Below are positions 57,135 through 64,000 of a stretch of DNA of 64,000 bases, piece by piece. The stretch comes from Eledone cirrhosa (lineage: Eukaryota), in the NCBI GenBank assembly GCA_964016885.1, contig OZ024743.1:136090001-136154000 (forward strand). The letters are read 5' to 3'. The number at the start of each line of letters is the position of its first letter. Position 1 is the first letter of the stretch. The position numbers and the translations under genes are program-made. Below the pieces are notes generated by a model that was given only the letters and a program-made list of their open reading frames with translations, had not been told where the DNA came from and ran no database searches.

Positions 57135-60100
57135 CCAAGCACCAATCACCAAACACCAAGCACCAAGCGCCAAACACCAAGCACCAAGCACCAAGCACCA
57201 AACACCAAACACCAAGTACCAAGCCCAAAGCACCAAACACCAAGCACTTAGCAGCAAGCACCAAACAGCAAACACCAAGCACCAAGCACCAAGCACCAAG
57301 CACCAAGCATCAAGCACCAAGCACCAAGCACCAATCACCAAGCCCCAAGCACCAAACACCAAGCACCAAGCACCAAACACCAAACACCAAGCACCAAGCA
57401 CCCAGAACCGAGCAGCTAGCACCAAACACCAAACACCAACCACCAAGCACCAAACACCAAACACCAAGCACCAAGCACCAAGCACCAAGCACCAAACACC
57501 AAGGACCAATCACCAAACACCAAGCACCAAGCACCAAACACCAAACACCAAACACCTAGCACCAAGCACCAAGCACCAAACACCAAGCACCAAACACCAA
57601 GCACCAAGCACCAAGCACCAAGCACCAAGCACCAAACACCAATCACCAAGCCCCAAGCACCAAACACCAAGCACCCAGCACCATACACCAAACACCAAGC
57701 ACCAAGCACCCAGAACAAAGCACCAAGCACCAAACACCAAACACCAAACACCAAACACCAAGCACCAAGCACCAGACACCAAGCACCAAGCACCAAGCAC
57801 CAAGCACCAAAGACCAAGCACCAAGCTCCAAGCACCAAACACCAAGCACCAAACACCAAACACCAAGCACCAAGCACCAAACACCAAGCACCAACCACCA
57901 AGCACCAAACACCAAGCACCAGGCACCAAGCACCAAGCACCAAGCACCAAACACCAAGCACCAAGCACCAAACAGCAAACACCAAGCACCAAACACCAAA
58001 CACCAAGCACCAAGCAACAAACACCAAACACCAAGCACCAAACACCAATCACCAAGCCCCAAGCACCAAACACCAAGCACCAAGCACCAAACACCAAGCA
58101 CCAAGCACCAAGCACCATGCACCAAACACCAAGCACCAAACAGCAAACACCAAACAGCAAACACCAAACAGCAAACACCAAACAGCAAACACCAAACACC
58201 AAACACCAAACAGCAAACGCCAAAAAGCAAACGCCAAACTCCAAACGCCAAACAGCAAATGCCAAACCCCAAACGCCAAACAGCAAACGCCAAGCACCAA
58301 ACACCAAACACCAAGCGCCAAGCACCAAACACCAAACACCAAGCACCAAGCACCAAACACCAAACACCAAGCTCCAAGTACCAAACACCAAACACCAAGC
58401 ACCAAACACCAAACATCAAACGCAAAAAAGCAAACGCCAAACCCCATACGCCAAACAAAAATGCCAAACCCCAAATGCCAAACAGCAAACGCCAAGCACC
58501 AAACACCAAACACCAAGCGCCAAGCGCCAAGCACCAAGCACCAAGCACCAAGCACCAAGCACCAAACACCAAACACCAAGCACCAATCACCAATCACCAA
58601 ACAGCAAGCACCAAACGCCAAGCACCAAGCACCAAGCACCAAGCACCAAGCACCAAACACCAATCACCAAGCCCCAAGCACCAAACACCAAGCACCCAGC
58701 ACCAAACACCAAACACCAAGCACCACGCACCCAGAACAAAGCACCAAGCACCAAACACCAAGCACCAAGCACCAAGCACCAAGCACCAAACACCAATCAC
58801 CAAGCCCCAAACACCAAACACCAAGCACCAAGCACCCAGAACCAAGCACCAAGCACCAAACACCAAACACCAAGCACCAAGCACCAAACACCAAACACCA
58901 AGCACCAAGCACCAAGCACCAAGCACCAAACACCATACACCAAGCACCAAGGACCAAACACCAAAAACCAATCACCAAGCACCAAAGAGCAAACACCAAG
59001 CCCCAAGCACCGAACACCAAACACCAAACACCAAATAGCAAACACTAAACACCAAACACCAAACAGCAAACACAAAACACCAAATAGCAAACACCAAACA
59101 GCAAACACCAAACACCAAACAGCAAACACCAAACACCAACCAGGAAACACCAACCAGGAAACACCAAACACCAAGCACCAAGCCCCAAGCACCAAACACC
59201 AAGCACCAAGCACCAAACACCAAGCACCATGCACCAAGCACCATGCACCAAACACCAAGCACCAAGCACCAAACAGCAAACACCAAACAGTAAACACCAA
59301 ACACCAAACACCAACCAGCAAACACCAAACACCAAACACCAAACAGCAAACACCAAACAGCAAACACCAAACAACAAACACCAAACACCAAACACCAAAC
59401 AGCAAACGCCAAAAAGCAAACGCCAAACTCCAAACGCCAAACAGCAAACGCCAAGGACCAAGCACCAAACACCAAGCGCCAAGCACCAAACACCAAACAC
59501 CAAGCACCAAGTACCACACATCAAACACCGAGCACCAAACACCAAACACCAGGCCCAATCACCAAACACCAAGCACCAATCACCAAACACCAAGCACCAA
59601 GCGCCAAACACCAAGCACCAAGCACCAAGCACCAAACACCAAACACCAAGTACCAAGCCCAAAGCACCAAACACCAAGCACTTAGCAGCAAGCACCAAAC
59701 ACCAAACACCAAGCACCAAGCACCAAGCACCAAGCACCAAGCACCAAGCACCAAGCACCAAGCACCAATCACCAAGCCCCAAGCACCAAACACCAAGCAC
59801 CAAGCACCAAACACCAAACACCAAGCACCAAGCACCCAGAACCGAGCAGCTAGCACCAAACACCAAACACCAACCACCAAGCACCAAACACCAAACACCA
59901 AGCACCAAGCACCAAGCACCAAGCACCAAACACCAAGGACCAATCACCAAACACCAAGCACCAAGCACCAAACACCAAACAACAAACACCTAGCACCAAG
60001 CACCAAGCACCAAACACCAAGCACCAAACACCAAGCACCAAGCACCAAGCACCAAGCACCAAGCACCAAACACCAATCACCAAGCCCCAAGCACCAAACA

Positions 60101-61992
60101 CCAAGCACCCAGCACCATACACCAAACACCAAGCACCAAGCACCCAGAACAAAGCACCAAGCACCAAACACCAAACACCAAACACCAAACACCAAGCACC
60201 AAGCACCAGACACCAAGCACCAAGCACCAAGCACCAAGCACCAAAGACCAAGCACCAAGCTCCAAGCACCAAACACCAAGCACCAAACACCAAACACCAA
60301 GCACCAAGCACCAAACACCAAGCACCAACCACCAAGCACCAAACACCAAGCACCAGGCACCAAGCACCAAGCACCAAGCACCAAACACCAAGCACCAAGC
60401 ACCAAACAGCAAACACCAAGCACCAAACACCAAACACCAAGCACCAAGCAACAAACACCAAACACCAAGCACCAAACACCAATCACCAAGCCCCAAGCAC
60501 CAAACACCAAGCACCAAGCACCAAACACCAAGCACCAAGCACCAAGCACCATGCACCAAACACCAAGCACCAAACAGCAAACACCAAACAGCAAACACCA
60601 AACAGCAAACACCAAACAGCAAACACCAAACACCAAACACCAAACAGCAAACGCCAAAAAGCAAACGCCAAACTCCAAACGCCAAACAGCAAATGCCAAA
60701 CCCCAAACGCCAAACAGCAAACGCCAAGCACCAAACACCAAACACCAAGCGCCAAGCACCAAACACCAAACACCAAGCACCAAGCACCAAACACCAAACA
60801 CCAAGCTCCAAGTACCAAACACCAAACACCAAGCACCAAACACCAAACATCAAACGCAAAAAAGCAAACGCCAAACCCCATACGCCAAACAAAAATGCCA
60901 AACCCCAAATGCCAAACAGCAAACGCCAAGCACCAAACACCAAACACCAAGCGCCAAGCGCCAAGCACCAAGCACCAAGCACCAAGCACCAAGCACCAAA
61001 CACCAAACACCAAGCACCAATCACCAATCACCAAACAGCAAGCACCAAACGCCAAGCACCAAGCACCAAGCACCAAGCACCAAGCACCAAACACCAATCA
61101 CCAAGCCCCAAGCACCAAACACCAAGCACCCAGCACCAAACACCAAACACCAAGCACCACGCACCCAGAACAAAGCACCAAGCACCAAACACCAAGCACC
61201 AAGCACCAAGCACCAAGCACCAAACACCAATCACCAAGCCCCAAACACCAAACACCAAGCACCAAGCACCCAGAACCAAGCACCAAGCACCAAACACCAA
61301 ACACCAAGCACCAAGCACCAAACACCAAACACCAAGCACCAAGCACCAAGCACCAAGCACCAAACACCATACACCAAGCACCAAGGACCAAACACCAAAA
61401 ACCAATCACCAAGCACCAAAGAGCAAACACCAAGCCCCAAGCACCGAACACCAAACACCAAACACCAAATAGCAAACACTAAACACCAAACACCAAACAG
61501 CAAACACAAAACACCAAATAGCAAACACCAAACAGCAAACACCAAACACCAAACAGCAAACACCAAACACCAACCAGGAAACACCAACCAGGAAACACCA
61601 AACACCAAGCACCAAGCCCCAAGCACCAAACACCAAGCACCAAGCACCAAACACCAAGCACCATGCACCAAGCACCATGCACCAAACACCAAGCACCAAG
61701 CACCAAACAGCAAACACCAAACAGTAAACACCAAACACCAAACACCAACCAGCAAACACCAAACACCAAACACCAAACAGCAAACACCAAACAGCAAACA
61801 CCAAACAACAAACACCAAACACCAAACACCAAACAGCAAACGCCAAAAAGCAAACGCCAAACTCCAAACGCCAAACAGCAAACGCCAAGGACCAAGCACC
61901 AAACACCAAGCGCCAAGCACCAAACACCAAACACCAAGCACCAAGTACCACACATCAAACACCGAGCACCAAACACCAAACACCAGGCCCAA
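57135..61992 (+). repeat. 2434-bp tandem duplication (~57135-59558 matches ~59569-61992)
   Basis: ORF pairs 57416/59850, 57510/59944, 58259/60693, 58461/60895, 59229/61663 are offset 2434. Shared rare units CACTTAG CAGCAAG, AACCGAG CAGCTAG, the 6-bp CAAAAA, and TACCACA CATCAAA. Confidence 0.92.
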
Positions 61993-64000
61993 ACACCAAG
62001 CACCAATCACCAAGCACCAAGCACCAAGCAACAAACATAAAGCACCAATCACCAAGCACCGAGCACCAAGCACCAAGCACCAAGCACCAAACACCAAGCA
62101 CCAAAGACTAAACACCAAGCATCAAGCACCAATCACCAAACACCAAGCACCAAGCACCAAACACCAAACAGCAAGCACCAAGCACCAAACACCAAACACC
62201 AAGTACCAAGCCCAAAGCACCAAACACCAAGCACCTAGCAGCAAGCACCAAACACCAAACACCAAGCACCAAGCACTAAGCACCAAGCACCAAGCACCAA
62301 GCAGCACGCACCAAACACCAATCACCAAGCCCCAAGCACCAAACACCAAGCACCAAGCACCCAGAACCAAGCACCAAGCACCAAACACCAAACACCATCC
62401 ACCAAGCACCAAACACCAAACACCAAGCACCAAGCACCTAGCACCAAGCACCAAACACCAAACACCAAACACCAAACACCAAGGACCAATCACCAAACAC
62501 CAAGCACCAAGCACCAAACACCAAACACCAAACACCTAGCACCAAGCACCAAGCACCAAACACCAAGCACCAAACACCAAGCACCAAGCACCAAGCACCA
62601 AGCACCAAGCACCAAACACCAATCACCAAGCCCCAAGCACCAAACACCAAGCACCCAGCACCATACACCAAACACCAAGCACCAAGCACCCAGAACAAAG
62701 CACCAAGCACCAAACACCAAACACCAAGCTCCAAGCACCAAACACCAAACACGAAGCACCATGCACCAAGCACCAAGCACCAAACACCAAACACCAAGCA
62801 CCAAGCACCAAACACCAAACACCAAGCACCAATCACCATACACCAAGCACCAAGCACCAAACACCAAACACCAAGCACCAATCACCATACACCTAGCACC
62901 AAGCACCAAGCACCAAACACCAAGCACCAAACACCAAGCACCATGCACCAAGCACCAAGCACCAAGCACCAAACACCAATCACCAAGCCCCAAGCACCAA
63001 ACACCAAGCACCAAGCACCAAACACCAAACACCAAGCACCAAGCACCCAGAACCAAGCACCAAGCACCAAACACCAAACACAAAGCACCAAGCACCAAAC
63101 ACCAAACACCAAGCACCAAGCACCAAGCACCAAGTACCAAACACCATACACCAAGCACCAAGCACCAAACACCAAAAACCAATCACCAAGCACCAAAGAG
63201 CAAACACCAAGCCCCAAGCACCAAACAACAAACACCAAACACCAAAAAGCAAACACTAAACACAAAACACCAAACAGCAAACACAAAACAGCAAACACCA
63301 AACAGCAAACGCCAAACAGCAAACACAAACACCAAACACCAAACACCAAGCACCAAGCACCAAGCACAAAACACCAAGTACCAAGCGCCAAGCACCAAAC
63401 ACCAAACACCAAACACCAAACAGCAAACACCAATCACCAAACACCAGACACCAAACACCAAACAGCAAACACCAAACACCAAACAGCAAACACCAAACAC
63501 CAAACACCAAACAGCAAACACGAAACAGCAAACACCAAACAGCAAACACCAAACAGCAAACACTCAAACAGCAAACAGCAAACACCAAACTCCAAACACC
63601 AAGCACCAAGCACCAAACACCAAGCACCAAGCAACAAGCACCAATCACCAAGCACCAAGCACTAAACACCAAACACCTAGCACCAAGCACCAAGAACCAA
63701 ACACCAAGCACCAAGCACCAAGCACCAAACACCAAGCACCAAAGACCAAGCCCCAAATACCAAGCACCAAGCACCAAACACTAATCACCAGGGACCAAGC
63801 ACCAAACACCAAGAACCAAGCACCAAGCACTAAACACCAAACACCAAGCACCAAGCACCAAACACCAAACACCAAGCACCAAGTACCAAACTCCAAACAC
63901 CAAACACCAAGCACCAAGCACCAAATCCCAAGCACCAAACACCAAGCACCAATCACCAAACACCAAACACCAAGCGCCAAGCACCAAACACCAAGCACCA

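Larger units (their letters stand above)
1..64000 (+). repeat. Heptamer satellite array (CACCAAR)n, ~9,100 units, single orientation, extends beyond both window edges
   Basis: The sequence parses throughout into CACCAAA/CACCAAG or 1-2 substitution variants (CAGCAAA, CGCCAAR, CACCAAT, CCCCAAG, CACCTAG, CACTAAA, TACCAAR, CACCATG, CACGAAR, CTCCAAR, AACCAAG). The + strand is A/C-rich and nearly T-free; no non-repeat segment seen. Confidence 0.99.
51400..64000 (+). repeat. Divergent right-hand sub-array with its own set of variant units
   Basis: Frequent TAGCAAA, CAGGAAA, GAGCAAA, AACCAAT, CACCAGT, CACTAAT, CATAAA/CACAAA (6 bp) and CACCACA. These are absent or nearly absent left of ~38.9 kb. Confidence 0.8.

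Noticed and set aside
450-61900. CRISPR-like arrangement with the 84-bp cassette as repeat and A/G strings as spacers
   Set aside because: The intervening sequence is the same heptamer, is repeated rather than unique, and varies from ~0.1 to 6 kb. The cassette is not palindromic, and there is no leader or cas gene.
340-63700. Several recurrent variants create 4-bp palindromes (CTAG, GTAC, CATG, AGCT, GCGC), hinting at selected recognition sites
   Set aside because: Non-palindromic counterparts (CCTAT, ATAC, CATA, AACT, ACGC) are also present. A few founder mutations amplified by duplication explain the pattern, and I could not test enrichment.
348-63998. Hundreds of long ORFs on both strands (up to 1133 aa), resembling mucin-like or membrane proteins
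   Set aside because: All frames overlap and encode the same 7-aa pattern. Stops come from common variants (CACCTAG, CACTAAA, CACCAAT-CA) and fall in all frames. Indels are multiples of 7, not 3. There is no unique domain, signal peptide or codon-position bias.
1-64000. Canonical telomerase-synthesised telomere
   Set aside because: No TTAGGG/TTTAGGG units, and variant patterns are copied over kilobases, which telomerase addition would not produce. Only a recombination-maintained telomere-like array remains possible.
1-64000. Bacterial heptamer repeats (cyanobacterial STRR-type or intergenic heptamer tracts)
   Set aside because: Those tracts are tens to hundreds of bp and lie between genes. 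A 64-kb gene-free array with higher-order structure and CpG decay does not fit, though taxonomy cannot be proven from sequence alone.
1-64000. Sequencing or amplification artefact (polymerase slippage, concatemer, synthetic data-storage DNA)
   Set aside because: Nested duplications of different ages with private, heritable substitutions and a divergence gradient look like evolutionary history. Exact copy numbers could still be mis-assembled.
1-64000. tRNA, rRNA, structured ncRNA, terminators, inverted repeats or transposon ends
   Set aside because: The + strand has almost no T and little G, so it cannot form stems. No strand switch or non-heptamer insertion was seen.

Overview
The whole 64 kb is one uninterrupted, single-orientation tandem array of a 7-bp unit, consensus CACCAA(A/G) (reverse strand (T/C)TTGGTG), about 9,100 units. 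I see no unique sequence, gene, RNA gene, transposon insertion or inversion. All ORFs in the track are artefacts: the consensus has no stop codon in any frame, so every + frame reads TKHQ(A/T)P(S/N) and every - frame WCLV(L/F)G(A/V). The array is not a simple microsatellite. It is nested: 7 bp -> 14/28-bp patterns -> an 84-bp CpG-rich cassette (about 85-90 copies by eye) -> 203/273/462-bp modules -> segmental duplications of 0.8-10 kb. The 7-bp register is almost perfectly kept. A more homogeneous left layer (1 to ~51 kb) gives way to a more divergent right layer (~51-64 kb). Best reading (inference): a complex higher-order heptamer satellite from eukaryotic heterochromatin, either centromeric or a recombination-maintained telomere-like array. 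Organism, location and novelty cannot be established from the sequence alone. Counts and boundaries were obtained by eye and from ORF-track offsets and are approximate.
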